This document shows, piece after piece, positions 27,756-38,000 of a stretch of DNA of 58,012 nucleotides; the stretch's first letter is position 1; the number at the start of each line of letters is the position of its first letter. Source of the stretch: a virus (taxonomy: Duplodnaviria; Caudoviricetes); the IMG/VR virus record IMGVR_UViG_3300031658_000009, positions 1-58,012 of that record. One strand, given 5' to 3'. Both the position numbers and the translations under genes were made by a program. The notes below the pieces were generated by a model. It was not told the origin of the DNA, searched no databases, and saw only the letters and a list, made by a program, of their open reading frames with translations.

Positions 27756-28310
27756 ATGAAAAGAGCAATAGATTACTATACAGTATTAAAGGCTGAGAAT
27801 GAAAACATAATTAATATTGCATTAAAAGTGTTTTGTGATTTAAATAATATTCATGACCCATCTGTATTAAAAAATAAGGGTAGACAAAGACTACACGTAG
27901 ATACAAGAACTCTTGTGTGGTGTTTCCTAAGGGCCAATACATCAATGGGCACCATAAGTCTTGCTAGGTTATTCAATAGAGATCACACTACGTTTTTACA
28001 TTCACAAAAATCACACTTAAGAAATTTAGAGATTTTTAAAGGCGATAGGTATGTGAATCCTGAATACGCTAGGAAGTGGGAAGAAGGTATTCAAAACATA
28101 GCAACCATCGTTAAGAAGGAAGGTGTGGATGCAGGTAAATTAAGATACAAACTTGTTATCTACGCGGATTCTCCAATAAACTTCAAGAACCACGTCGTAG
28201 TAAACGTATGCGATCTACAGAACTTAGTTCAGCAGGATCTACAAGATTGGCAAAACGAAATACTAGCAAGAGAATTAAAAGTTGTAATCGATAGACTGGC
28301 TGAGATATGA
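27756..28310 (+). CDS. Protein with DnaA domain IV-like HTH
   Basis: SLARLFNRDHTTFLHS resembles the DnaA signature IGxxFGxRDHTTVLHA; no AAA+ domain. Confidence 0.7.
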   Translation: MKRAIDYYTVLKAENENIINIALKVFCDLNNIHDPSVLKNKGRQRLHVDTRTLVWCFLRANTSMGTISLARLFNRDHTTFLHSQKSHLRNLEIFKGDRYVNPEYARKWEEGIQNIATIVKKEGVDAGKLRYKLVIYADSPINFKNHVVVNVCDLQNLVQQDLQDWQNEILARELKVVIDRLAEI

Positions 28311-28591
28311 GTCAAGGTCAAGACATCTTCTACTATGTAGTAAATGTTATTTACCAAAGAAAGATCGGGAAAAAAATGTATCCGCTTAAAGGATACGAAC
28401 TTACATGCGTTAGTAGAGCAAAGAACATGAGGGACTTAAACAAAGATAATAATACTTTGTATTTTTTGGAGAAACAGATGTCAACCAATGCTAAGAAACT
28501 TAACTTCCGTGTCTCTAAAATTCTTTCTCAAAAGAAAATAGGGCATTCATTATTCCACAAAGAAAGTACATACACTGATGAGTTCAAATGA
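28307..28591 (+). CDS. Basic hypothetical protein
   Basis: 94 aa, coupled to neighbours. Confidence 0.65.
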   Translation: MSQGQDIFYYVVNVIYQRKIGKKMYPLKGYELTCVSRAKNMRDLNKDNNTLYFLEKQMSTNAKKLNFRVSKILSQKKIGHSLFHKESTYTDEFK

Positions 28592-30368
28592 TACGATTAC
28601 AATATTCTCTTCGATCACAAATATCGATGACCCACATTATATAACCTTAGACAAAGCATTAGATAGAATCAGAGAGGGTAAGTCAAAGCCCAAGGTGGAT
28701 GAAGTTAGGGCTGGAGACAGCGCTGTTAAAAAGACTTTGCCAGTTGCTTTGTTCTCAGGGGTATTCACTGGAAGAAGAGACAATGATATCAAGGGACATA
28801 GTGGTTATATTATATTAGACTTTGATCATATAGATGTTGAGGACTATAAGTCTTTACTGGGGACTGATGACAATATACGTGCTTGTTGGACATCACCTAG
28901 TGGGGATGGATTAAAAGCACTAGTCAAGGTATCCAATAGTGAAAGACATAGAGATCATTTCAGAGCACTTCAATCATACTTTGAACGAACGTATGGACTA
29001 GAGGTAGATCCTTCAGGTATCAACGTCTCACGTGCGTGCTTCGAGAGTTATGATCCCGACCTTATAAGTAACGATGGCTCCAAGGTATTTGGTGCTATGC
29101 TTTCTGAGAACACTCAGCATCAAGAAGTTCTTGAAAGAAAATCTTATACTGACTACGATAAAATAGATATTGTAGCACGAATGATACGTAAGGCTCCCGA
29201 CGGAGAGAAGCATACAACTCTTCTTAGAGCGGCTATCTTATGTGGTGGGTACATATCTGCCGGAAGGATGGAAGAGGACGAAGCGATGCGCGTTATGCTT
29301 CGTGAGTTACAGTTACGTGACACAGTTGATGATCTTGAACTCGCGAAGAAGACAATTATAGATGGTGTGCACCAAGGTAAGTCTATGCCTATTCGTGAAA
29401 TCATTGACGATGAGAATACAATACGTAGGGAGATGCGTGTCCTGGATGGTGACATGTCCTTTATCTCTTCAGATGATAGTGACTTAGACTGGATAAATAA
29501 GTTTGCTAATGGACAGATAGAGAAAGGACTAAGCACTGGGTTGCCCGAGTTGGATAACTTCTATTTATTTAAGAAAGAGTTTTGCATTATTAACGGGCAT
29601 AGCAATGTGGGTAAAACTACTATGGCGCTGTATCTTATGGTGGCTGCTTCAGTAAATCATGGATGGCGTTGGATTATATACTCATCTGAGAATCGTACTG
29701 CTGCGGTGAAGATGCGATTAATGGAATTTATAGTTGATATTAAAATAAATGACATGCACTATGAAGAAAGAATTGCTGCGTTTAAATGGGTGAACAAACA
29801 CTTTACGATCATTAGTAATAAGCAGGTGTATTCTTATACTGACCTACTTGTATTTGCTGAGAAACTTATTAGACAAGAAAAATACGAGGGACTATTTATA
29901 GATCCATATAACTCCTTGAAGATGACAATGTCAAAAAACACACAAGTATCTTCTCATGAGTATCATTACGAGGCGGCTTCAGAGATGCTAACCTTTAGTG
30001 TAAAGCACAATATGGCAGTGTGGTTAAACACTCACTCTATTACTGAGGCTCAAAGAACTAAGGGGCCTGACGGACAATCTATTGCTCCCTCTGCTGCAAT
30101 GACTGAAGGCGGTGGTAAGTTTGTAAACCGTGCCGATGTTTTCCTGACATTCCATAGAAAGGTGTCTTCAGGAGACTATGATCTAAGAAGAAGAACAGAG
30201 ATTCACGTACGTAAGCAACGTAATCAAGAGACCGGAGGTCAGCCTACTCCATGGGACGAGCCAATTATATTGGAGATCAACAGCACAAAGACCGGATTCA
30301 GTGGGCTTGCTACTGGTAATAAATGTTTCAAAGCCGCTGCATATAATGTTGCATTATTGGATTTATAG
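28578..30368 (+). CDS. Primase-helicase (BT4734/VirE-N-like primase + DnaB-like SF4 helicase)
   Basis: N-terminal HSGYIILDFDH, SPSGDGLK, NVSRACFESYDP; C-terminal Walker A GHSNVGKT, FIDPYN, VRKQR. Confidence 0.88.
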   Translation: MSSNDTITIFSSITNIDDPHYITLDKALDRIREGKSKPKVDEVRAGDSAVKKTLPVALFSGVFTGRRDNDIKGHSGYIILDFDHIDVEDYKSLLGTDDNIRACWTSPSGDGLKALVKVSNSERHRDHFRALQSYFERTYGLEVDPSGINVSRACFESYDPDLISNDGSKVFGAMLSENTQHQEVLERKSYTDYDKIDIVARMIRKAPDGEKHTTLLRAAILCGGYISAGRMEEDEAMRVMLRELQLRDTVDDLELAKKTIIDGVHQGKSMPIREIIDDENTIRREMRVLDGDMSFISSDDSDLDWINKFANGQIEKGLSTGLPELDNFYLFKKEFCIINGHSNVGKTTMALYLMVAASVNHGWRWIIYSSENRTAAVKMRLMEFIVDIKINDMHYEERIAAFKWVNKHFTIISNKQVYSYTDLLVFAEKLIRQEKYEGLFIDPYNSLKMTMSKNTQVSSHEYHYEAASEMLTFSVKHNMAVWLNTHSITEAQRTKGPDGQSIAPSAAMTEGGGKFVNRADVFLTFHRKVSSGDYDLRRRTEIHVRKQRNQETGGQPTPWDEPIILEINSTKTGFSGLATGNKCFKAAAYNVALLDL

Positions 30369-30382
30369 TATTATATTAAGGC

Positions 30383-30757
30383 ATGAAGGATTACGAAGAA
30401 ATTGTACTACAACTTCCTAAGCCACCGTCACTTAATAAATTCTATAGTGGACGTCACTTTGCTATACGTCAGAAGTATAAAAAAGAATATTGGGAGGCAA
30501 TAGCAGAGGTAATGGAGGGCATGGATAAGTTTCATATGGATAAGATGGAACTACATGTACGATACAATTGCAGGTTCGATGTTGACAATGCTATATGTTG
30601 TAGCAAATTCTTAGCAGATTATCTTCGTAATCACAGTTATATTATGGACGACAGTCCTAAGTTCTTTACTAAGCAATCAACTCAATATGATCCAACGGTA
30701 GAGAAAGATAAGTTTGTTGCAACAATAAAGGGCTATGGATACAAAATCACTGAGTAA
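30383..30757 (+). CDS. RusA-like Holliday junction resolvase
   Basis: PPSLNKFY..DVDN..KFLADYL..IMDDS. Confidence 0.75.
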   Translation: MKDYEEIVLQLPKPPSLNKFYSGRHFAIRQKYKKEYWEAIAEVMEGMDKFHMDKMELHVRYNCRFDVDNAICCSKFLADYLRNHSYIMDDSPKFFTKQSTQYDPTVEKDKFVATIKGYGYKITE

Positions 30758-30959
30758 AATCTACTTCCTAGCAACCAGTCGAATGCACGATGCATCTACT
30801 GAGTTGTACGAGAGTCTACATGACTCCTCAGGAAACCCACGTTCAGATGCTGAACGATTACACAATACAATTAGAAAGTATAAACGAGATATTGATTCAG
30901 AGTTTGATATGATTCGCTCTGTGTTACTAGAGTTCTATGATGACACTGATTTATCTTGA
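30735..30959 (+). CDS. Hypothetical protein
   Basis: 74 aa, overlapping both neighbours. Confidence 0.65.
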   Translation: MDTKSLSKIYFLATSRMHDASTELYESLHDSSGNPRSDAERLHNTIRKYKRDIDSEFDMIRSVLLEFYDDTDLS

Positions 30960-31902
30960 TGGATTAAACGGTATTAATTATCACAGATTAATGACTCCGT
31001 TTTTAAGACTTAAAGCAGAAGAAGGATTGGAGATTCATTTCTTTGAGGACTTTAACGAGTTGAAAGACTGGGATTTATCTACGGTAAAAAACCTTGTAGT
31101 CTCAAGAAGGTGTAGTGTATCTAATCATAAGGAATTCAAGAAGTACTTAGTAGACAATGACATTAAGTTAATTCTAGATAATGACGACTACTGGAATCTT
31201 CCTAAGCATAATCCAGCACACGATTACTACAAGAATGTAGAAGGTCCAAACATCAAGGCAACAATTAAGATTGCTGATGAGATATGGTCCCCCTCTAAAT
31301 ACCTTATTAAGATAATGAGGAAGATCAACAGCAAGCCTATCTATAGGCTTATCCCTAACACTATATACGAGAATGAAAAACAATGGGCGGATCCACAGAA
31401 GGATGCAAGCCCAGAGTTAAAGGTTAGATTTGGATACGTAGGTGCTAATGGTCATCAAAAAGATTTAGATCGTATGGGTATGACCTTTGAGGATCATGAG
31501 TTGTACTCTATGAATCTTATGGATTACCCAGAAAGATTAAAGGCTAAGTATAGAATGAATCCCGTAGACATTACACAGTATGCGCATCTATATAAGTACT
31601 TTGATGTATCGCTGTCTCCATTAGAGAACACTATATTCAATCGATGTAAGTCAGAACTAAAGGTCGTTGAGGCAGGGTATACGAAGACAGCGATCATCGC
31701 TAGTGCAGAGAGTCCATACAAAGAGCACATAATACATAATGAAACCGGTATACTGTGCAAGACAAGGGCAGACTGGAGAAGGGAAGTCAAAGCAATGACG
31801 TTACCTAAGGCTTGGAGACTAGCCAACAATCTGTATGAGTATGTGAAAGAGCACTACGATCTATCTACTATAAACAAAGAAAGACTAAAAGGATTGTCGT
31901 GA
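30937..31902 (+). CDS. GT-B (GT4-like) glycosyltransferase
   Basis: YHRLMTP, ILDNDDYW, IPNTI, FGYVG, SLSPLENTIFNRCKSELKVVEAG..IIAS..PY..TGIL. Confidence 0.85.
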   Translation: MMTLIYLDGLNGINYHRLMTPFLRLKAEEGLEIHFFEDFNELKDWDLSTVKNLVVSRRCSVSNHKEFKKYLVDNDIKLILDNDDYWNLPKHNPAHDYYKNVEGPNIKATIKIADEIWSPSKYLIKIMRKINSKPIYRLIPNTIYENEKQWADPQKDASPELKVRFGYVGANGHQKDLDRMGMTFEDHELYSMNLMDYPERLKAKYRMNPVDITQYAHLYKYFDVSLSPLENTIFNRCKSELKVVEAGYTKTAIIASAESPYKEHIIHNETGILCKTRADWRREVKAMTLPKAWRLANNLYEYVKEHYDLSTINKERLKGLS

Positions 31903-32408
31903 TAAAACTCCCTATACCATCTTACCTAAAGGAATACTCCAATGACTTAACTCTGAAAAGAATTGAGGCAAATAAAATAAGATACGAGGGCACACAGAAA
32001 CAGAGAACTGGGATAAAGAAATCTGTTCTACTAGGAGAGATATCCAGGGAGTATTATACAGAGTACTTAGGGATACTAGGTGAGTTGCTTGTAAGACATT
32101 ACTATGAAGTAACTCCAGAGTATTCTAGATACACAGTGTCTACGCTGTTGAAGCAAACCAAGGACGTTACAGATGATCCTGACATACACGTAATAAAAAA
32201 CAAAGAGACACAAAGAGTAAGTATAAAGACTTGTGAGAATTCGTTTAAAGCAAACAAGTATGCAATGGATAAAGAGTCTTCTGATATCGTTGTGTTTATA
32301 CTGTTCACTTCGCCTGAAGATTACGTTGTAGGCAATTTCAAGCCCGATGAAGTAAGGTCCTGGAAGGTAAGATACGCATACTCACCATATTACGAATCCA
32401 AACCTTAA
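31899..32408 (+). CDS. Possible PD-(D/E)XK-fold nuclease
   Basis: GILGELLV..DPDI..VSIKT. Confidence 0.45.
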   Translation: MIKLPIPSYLKEYSNDLTLKRIEANKIRYEGTQKQRTGIKKSVLLGEISREYYTEYLGILGELLVRHYYEVTPEYSRYTVSTLLKQTKDVTDDPDIHVIKNKETQRVSIKTCENSFKANKYAMDKESSDIVVFILFTSPEDYVVGNFKPDEVRSWKVRYAYSPYYESKP

Positions 32409-32474
32409 TCAAGGTATTTTGTATCTTCGCTGTTCCCTCAATTTCGAGGGCTACAAACATTTTTATATATCATT

Positions 32475-32573
32475 ATGGAAGACTTTGAATCATTCGTATC
32501 GGAACTTGAATCCGCTGAACAACCCGTGTGTGGCATCTCTAATCAAGAGGACTGTGAAGCCTGCGGATCCTGA
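32475..32573 (+). CDS. 32-aa acidic peptide ending C-x7-CxxCGS (RNR-alpha tail-like; not in track)
   Basis: MEDFESFVSELESAEQPVCGISNQEDCEACGS*, preceded by a TATCTTCG -7-like element and an AT-rich leader. Confidence 0.7.
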   Translation: MEDFESFVSELESAEQPVCGISNQEDCEACGS

Positions 32574-32588
32574 GTAAGGATAAGGAAT

Positions 32589-33017
32589 CTAAAGAATGTG
32601 ATGCTTACGTAAAAAGCGCGCAAGAAGTAGAAGTAATAGCAGATAAAAAGCAAACTTGTATACCTTGTTGTACCAATTGTCGCTGTCCCTCATAACGAGG
32701 GATGGCACAGGGACTTCTATCACCTGTATGATTGTATCTGATTCACAAGTAGCATCTATCATGATAGTGTCAAACGCTCGAACTATCTTAACTTTAAGTC
32801 TATCCTTTGTAATAGTAATGGTGTCACGCTGTTGAAGTGTTACAGTGTCACGCACTGATACCGGAGCAGTTACAATCGTATCCGTAACAACAACCGTTTT
32901 CACTTCTAGTATACTCGGATCTTTCTTTATGGCTTTTTTCAGGTGCCACTGGGCGCCGCAACTCGTCAATAATGCGCTCAGTATTAAGAGATATACGTAG
33001 TGGTGTAACTTTTTCAT
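32589..33017 (-). CDS. Lipoprotein with C-terminal TM helix, candidate unimolecular spanin
   Basis: Lipobox LLTSC, V/T/D-rich beta region, C-terminal FAFYLLLLLLLARF. Confidence 0.6.
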   Translation of the reverse strand: MKKLHHYVYLLILSALLTSCGAQWHLKKAIKKDPSILEVKTVVVTDTIVTAPVSVRDTVTLQQRDTITITKDRLKVKIVRAFDTIMIDATCESDTIIQVIEVPVPSLVMRDSDNWYNKVYKFAFYLLLLLLLARFLRKHHIL

Positions 33018-33132
33018 GCATTTTATTATCTTCTTGGAAACATTTTAACTTCTTCAGTAACCTTACTGTCGGTATCTCTTATTATGAACCCACTATTTAT
33101 TAGGTCTAAGATAATAATAATCCATCTCATTG

Positions 33133-34215
33133 CTAACGGAATTGATAATTAATACCTGCTCTCAGGTTAAAGATCTCTCTACCCCAATAGTTCATATACT
33201 CTGCTTCCGCAAACAACCCTAGTTTTTTACCAACCTTCCATCCTAAGACAACACCTCCGGTATAATCAGTCCAATGATTATTGCCTTGTACAAATTGAGA
33301 GTAACTAAATTGAGGATCACCTATGACTTGCACATGGTAAGGAAGTATACTTCCCCAGGCATGAATCCAAAAGTTATCTTCGTAATGATAGTAATCTAAG
33401 CCTGCTATCGCTGACAAAGATCCAAGTATACCTACCTCACTTAATCTTGCAGCATTGAAATCATTGACTAAAGACCCGTAGATGTACTGTCTGAAATCTT
33501 TATCGGTATCAGCAACACGTTCTCCTTCGCTGTTCTCCCACCACCAGTCTTGATTGTCAATCTCATCATCGTTATCGTAATCTATTCCGTAGTAGTTGTC
33601 AACGTAACCATAGTCATGAGCGAGATCCCACCATGCTTTTTGCTCCAGATATACTGCAATTGGATTATATCCATACGCTTGATGTTGACGTCCAGCAATA
33701 CCAACACTAAAATCTAATTCACCTACGTGTAGTCTTGCTCTAGACTCTACTTGTGTGTACTCAAGTTTTACTAAACCCTGATTGTAGAACTCTCCTTTTA
33801 TTATGAAGTACTTAGCAAGGTATCTAAGGAAGTATCTCTGGTTGGTATATCCTCTACCCTGCTGACGACCTAAATCGTATTGTGCTAGGTACTCAAACCC
33901 TCTTACAGAACCAACGGTTGCACTAAGCGCTGTTGTGCTTTCTGTTTGACCATCGTAAAATCTATTCTGCTTATTCTCATAATCATATCTAGCAACCCTA
34001 CGTATACCTATAGACGCTTTGTAATCATATGAGTTCTCTATTGTTATGTCCTGAACGTCTCCACCCTGAGTAACGAAGTATTCTTTTTGAGCAGGCATAG
34101 GTGATGAAGCAAAGACACTGGTGTAAACAGTAGCATACTTAAAGATACCTCCAACCTTTTGTGCTTGTGCTATTGTTGCACATAACATAAAAAATGTGAT
34201 CAGTATACCTCTCAT
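33133..34215 (-). CDS. Secreted protein, probable outer-membrane beta-barrel
   Basis: Signal peptide ending AQA, aromatic/Gly alternating strands, C-terminal LRAGINYQFR. Confidence 0.6.
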   Translation of the reverse strand: MRGILITFFMLCATIAQAQKVGGIFKYATVYTSVFASSPMPAQKEYFVTQGGDVQDITIENSYDYKASIGIRRVARYDYENKQNRFYDGQTESTTALSATVGSVRGFEYLAQYDLGRQQGRGYTNQRYFLRYLAKYFIIKGEFYNQGLVKLEYTQVESRARLHVGELDFSVGIAGRQHQAYGYNPIAVYLEQKAWWDLAHDYGYVDNYYGIDYDNDDEIDNQDWWWENSEGERVADTDKDFRQYIYGSLVNDFNAARLSEVGILGSLSAIAGLDYYHYEDNFWIHAWGSILPYHVQVIGDPQFSYSQFVQGNNHWTDYTGGVVLGWKVGKKLGLFAEAEYMNYWGREIFNLRAGINYQFR

Positions 34216-34216
34216 A

Positions 34217-34549
34217 TTAGAATTTGTTTGCTCCGGTTAATTCGTCTATTACCTCTTGAATATCTTTATGTGTAACACTTAAGGTTAATGATAACCCAGG
34301 CTCCCATCTATCAATCTCTTTTCCATTCTTATACAAAACAATAGTAGGCACAGATTTTATTTTACCAAACTCCTTTACGTCTGGATCATCTATCCATAGG
34401 CTCAAAACCTTTGCGTCACTTATTCCGGTAAGGGGTACGCTTTTGGTAGTATTGAAGGATGCATTATAATGGATCACAACTAAACCTTTGCTTGGTATCT
34501 TGAACGAACAAAACAATATAACGGCTAGTGTGAGGAGAAGTCTATTCAT
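34217..34549 (-). CDS. Exported thioredoxin-fold protein lacking CxxC
   Basis: Signal-like N-terminus, VVIHYNASFN, IKSVPTIVLYKNGKEIDRW (cis-Pro motif). Confidence 0.65.
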   Translation of the reverse strand: MNRLLLTLAVILFCSFKIPSKGLVVIHYNASFNTTKSVPLTGISDAKVLSLWIDDPDVKEFGKIKSVPTIVLYKNGKEIDRWEPGLSLTLSVTHKDIQEVIDELTGANKF

Positions 34550-34827
34550 TTCATTTCAAATAATCTTTGCTCAATTTTATTAAGTTGAGCCTTAATTTCT
34601 TCAACGTCAGACTGGGTATTCATTATGGTACTTCGGATTAACTCATCTTTTAGATCGTATTCCGTTCTACCGATTACAGGCACAGGTAAATCTTTGGCTT
34701 CATCTATGCCTGCCTTTAAATCAAAGTAACCAAGTGTGACTACTGCTATAACAGCGGCAATCGTACCGATTGTTTTAAGCGACAACCCAACTACAGTGTC
34801 CTCTGATATCTCTTTATTTATTGCCAT
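34546..34827 (-). CDS. Single-TM coiled-coil membrane protein
   Basis: TIGTIAAVIAVVTLGYF followed by a heptad tail. Confidence 0.65.
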   Translation of the reverse strand: MAINKEISEDTVVGLSLKTIGTIAAVIAVVTLGYFDLKAGIDEAKDLPVPVIGRTEYDLKDELIRSTIMNTQSDVEEIKAQLNKIEQRLFEMK

Positions 34828-35047
34828 TTATTTTAGCAAACTTTTCTAATCCAGCGATACCAAAACATCCGATGGTTACCCATACAAAAGAGTTGTAAAC
34901 GCTTTCATTGATTACTAAATCTTTTCCAAACGCACCAGTAACAAGGTCAAGAGCCATTACCAAAACCATTACCGCAAACGATAACGCACCTAGTATACTC
35001 TTCTCATTCCAGTCATTGCTGTCCTTAAATATTTCTTTCCACTTCAT
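34814..35047 (-). CDS. Two-TM holin-like protein
   Basis: 77 aa, two hydrophobic helices, charged termini. Confidence 0.55.
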   Translation of the reverse strand: MKWKEIFKDSNDWNEKSILGALSFAVMVLVMALDLVTGAFGKDLVINESVYNSFVWVTIGCFGIAGLEKFAKINGNK

Positions 35048-35051
35048 TGTA

Positions 35052-35059
35052 CAAAAATA
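35052..35059 (-). promoter_or_regulatory. -7 element TATTTTTG, 4 nt before the ATG of the membrane cassette
   Basis: TATTTTTG-TACA-ATG. Confidence 0.65.
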
Positions 35060-35089
35060 AGATTCTATACGTTAGGTATTCACGCTGAG

Positions 35090-38000
35090 TTACTCATCTA
35101 GTGGTACATCATAAAGGATGTAATCAATTTCCTGGTAACTTCCTCTAAACTTCTGACGTACACTCTTCTCAAATTTCTCTATCAGATCATAGTTCTCAAA
35201 AGTCTCTCCATAGGTAACACCGAACTCGTAAGCCTGCTTTATTTCCATAAGCCTAGCCTCGCGTATTGTCTTTCTATTCTCTGGTAACTCAGACCACTTA
35301 TCCTTAAGGTTCATATCTTTAAGATTCCAGTAAAACTGTTGCGCTATATTAATAGGATAGTCTCTCCAGACAAGGTTTGATGCAAGTTGAACAGCGTTCA
35401 ATGGTTCTAGTTCTGGTTCAAGACCTTCTTTCTGGGCTTTTTCTATTTCCTTTGCCCGCTTCCTTAGTGTACGTTCAATGAACGCAATGTTAGGTGGTAT
35501 GAAAACTTCCTTAAGAACATAGGTGCCAAGGGCCTTGTCCCAGTCTACATAAGAAGGTCCTATTATATTACGGTAAAACCAATTAAGATCTTCGCTGCTT
35601 TGAATCGGCTCACCATACTGGTTCTTTCCTTTTATAACATTATACATCATGCCAACAGCCATGTTAGGATCCAAGAAATCTCCAAGTATGTTTTCTATTT
35701 GATCAAGCCTTTGAACTCCGTCACGCTTATATATAAGTCCTTGTATCTCATCGTAAGGATCTTCTGAACTCATGTTTACAAAACGTATATCTCCATTCTT
35801 CTCCATCTTGATGGGGAGTATGTTGGCCCCTTGCATCCATGCCGGGAGAATCATATTGGTTCCTCGAGCGACTACTGATAAGTCATCCTTTGTTTCATCA
35901 TCATCACCTCTAACAAGATTTGCCAACACCGAGTACCCAATAGCGGACATCGCAGCCATAGCCGCACCCATTGTAACTGATTTAGTTCCATCTACAACAT
36001 AAGCCTGTCTCTGCGATGGGGTTAGACTCTGGTTAGTTGCACCTTCCTTAATATCATTTACTGCATTTTTATATACAGCAAAGAAACTACGAAACGACTC
36101 TAATCTAAATGAAAGAAAATCTCCCAAAGGACTTTTCATTAGAACCCTAAACGATGGATGTATACGTGACATTGTAGGGAAGGTTTGCTTAATTCTTTCC
36201 GCTGTCATTTCGTTTACTTCGTTTTGCTCCTGAGGACTTAGTTCACTAAATGATTTACCATCTGGATTTGAAGCAAGTCTCTTTGCAAAGTTCTCTCTCT
36301 TAACCAGGAAGCCTACCAATTTAGTATAGTCATCAATAGCACCGTACTGATATGCAATACGCTTAGACTTTTCCTTAGCCTTACCAAGCCATGCCCACGC
36401 TTTGTCTGAACTATCACCATTCATTTGAGCAAAGAAAGACTGATTGATGTCATCAAACAGAGTAGCGCTTACAGAACTACCAAGCAACCCATATCTTGCC
36501 ACTGTTTCCATTTGTTCTATCAACACTGGATCAGTGTATTCTCCTTTACGTATCTTTTTAAAACGTGTATTAAGATCTTTTATAACATTATATCCACCCA
36601 AGTTATCTCCAACAGGAAGTATACCATTGATCGCAAGAAAATAATAACCACCTATGATGTTCTTTCTCCATGTAGATAGGTTGTACAAAACTCTTGTACG
36701 ACGCATCTGAAGAAGTGTAGCATAGTAAGCCTGCATCCCCTTGTTTTCAGAAGCATAGAGTGGAGTCATTTTTAAGGCCTGAACAAAGTCGTTACGTATA
36801 GCCTGACCATTCATTGGGGAGTTACGGTCTTTTACTATTGTAAAGTTTTCTTGGAAGTAAATATCTAATGCGTTGTTTAACTTTCTAAACTCCGTGTAAT
36901 TTGTAGGCTCAATTATTTCTACTTTAGAACCATCTTCTTTATTATATATTTTCTGCGTGTACTCAATATCAATCCGGTCAAAGAATTCTGTTAGCGATTC
37001 TTGAGGATTTTTTAATCCAAAGTTTTCTGAATTATAGATAAGTTCTTTTAAGTTCTGAACAGAGACATTACTTGCTTCACTAGGGAGGACATACATCTGC
37101 TCACCCTTACTATCCGTCAAGTAGTTACTCCTTAGTACAGCGTTGTAAAGAGTACTAGTCAAAAGAAGATCACCAATACCTGCATTCTTACCTGCTTTGT
37201 TTACCTTGTCAACCAACCCGAACTTACCATATATATTAGCCAGGTTATTTACAGTAGTAGTAAACTTTATAAAAGCATCTTTCTCCTCACCTAAGTAATC
37301 ACGCAACTCTTGAGGTAGGTCTTGCTTTGCTTTAAAAGATTTTGTAGGAACACGTAGCCCACCAAGATCGTCATCCCCTCTAAACTCATCAGACTGAGTA
37401 TTACGTCCAGATATATTGTTTGCTTTTATCCGAATATCTTTTATATATTTCTGTACCCCTGCCCGTACTTCTTTTTTCTTGGTTTTTGCTGCATAATCAA
37501 ATACCTGATCATCATCTCTGAAGTCAAGATTTTCTTCTTGTATTTTTTCAGCAAGAACACCAGCATCTATTTCTTCTTTTATCTGAGCGATATCTTTCTC
37601 TGAAAATACCTGAAGGTTGTCTGTCGCTGTTACTACTCCTGATGTATTGCCTGATTTAGAAAGGTCTTTTATTTCTTTATTTAAAGATTTCTTTTTAGCA
37701 TCAACATATTTAACAATGTCTTCTGACTTGAGATGATTTAAGCCCATCTCTTTCATCTGTGCTATGATGTTTAATCCTTCAGGCGCTAGTTCTAATTGTT
37801 CTTGTAGATAAAAGTACTCATCCATCATATTCAGATTCACCATTGCTTCTTCTGCGGCTTCGGCTAACTTACTATTGAATTCAAAATCAGGATCAGTGAA
37901 GGCACGATAAGTTGTAGTTGCATAAAACTTAGAATTACCTTTTATGATATCCACCATTTCATCAGGCAGTATATCATACATTGGATTAGTATCAAACTGC

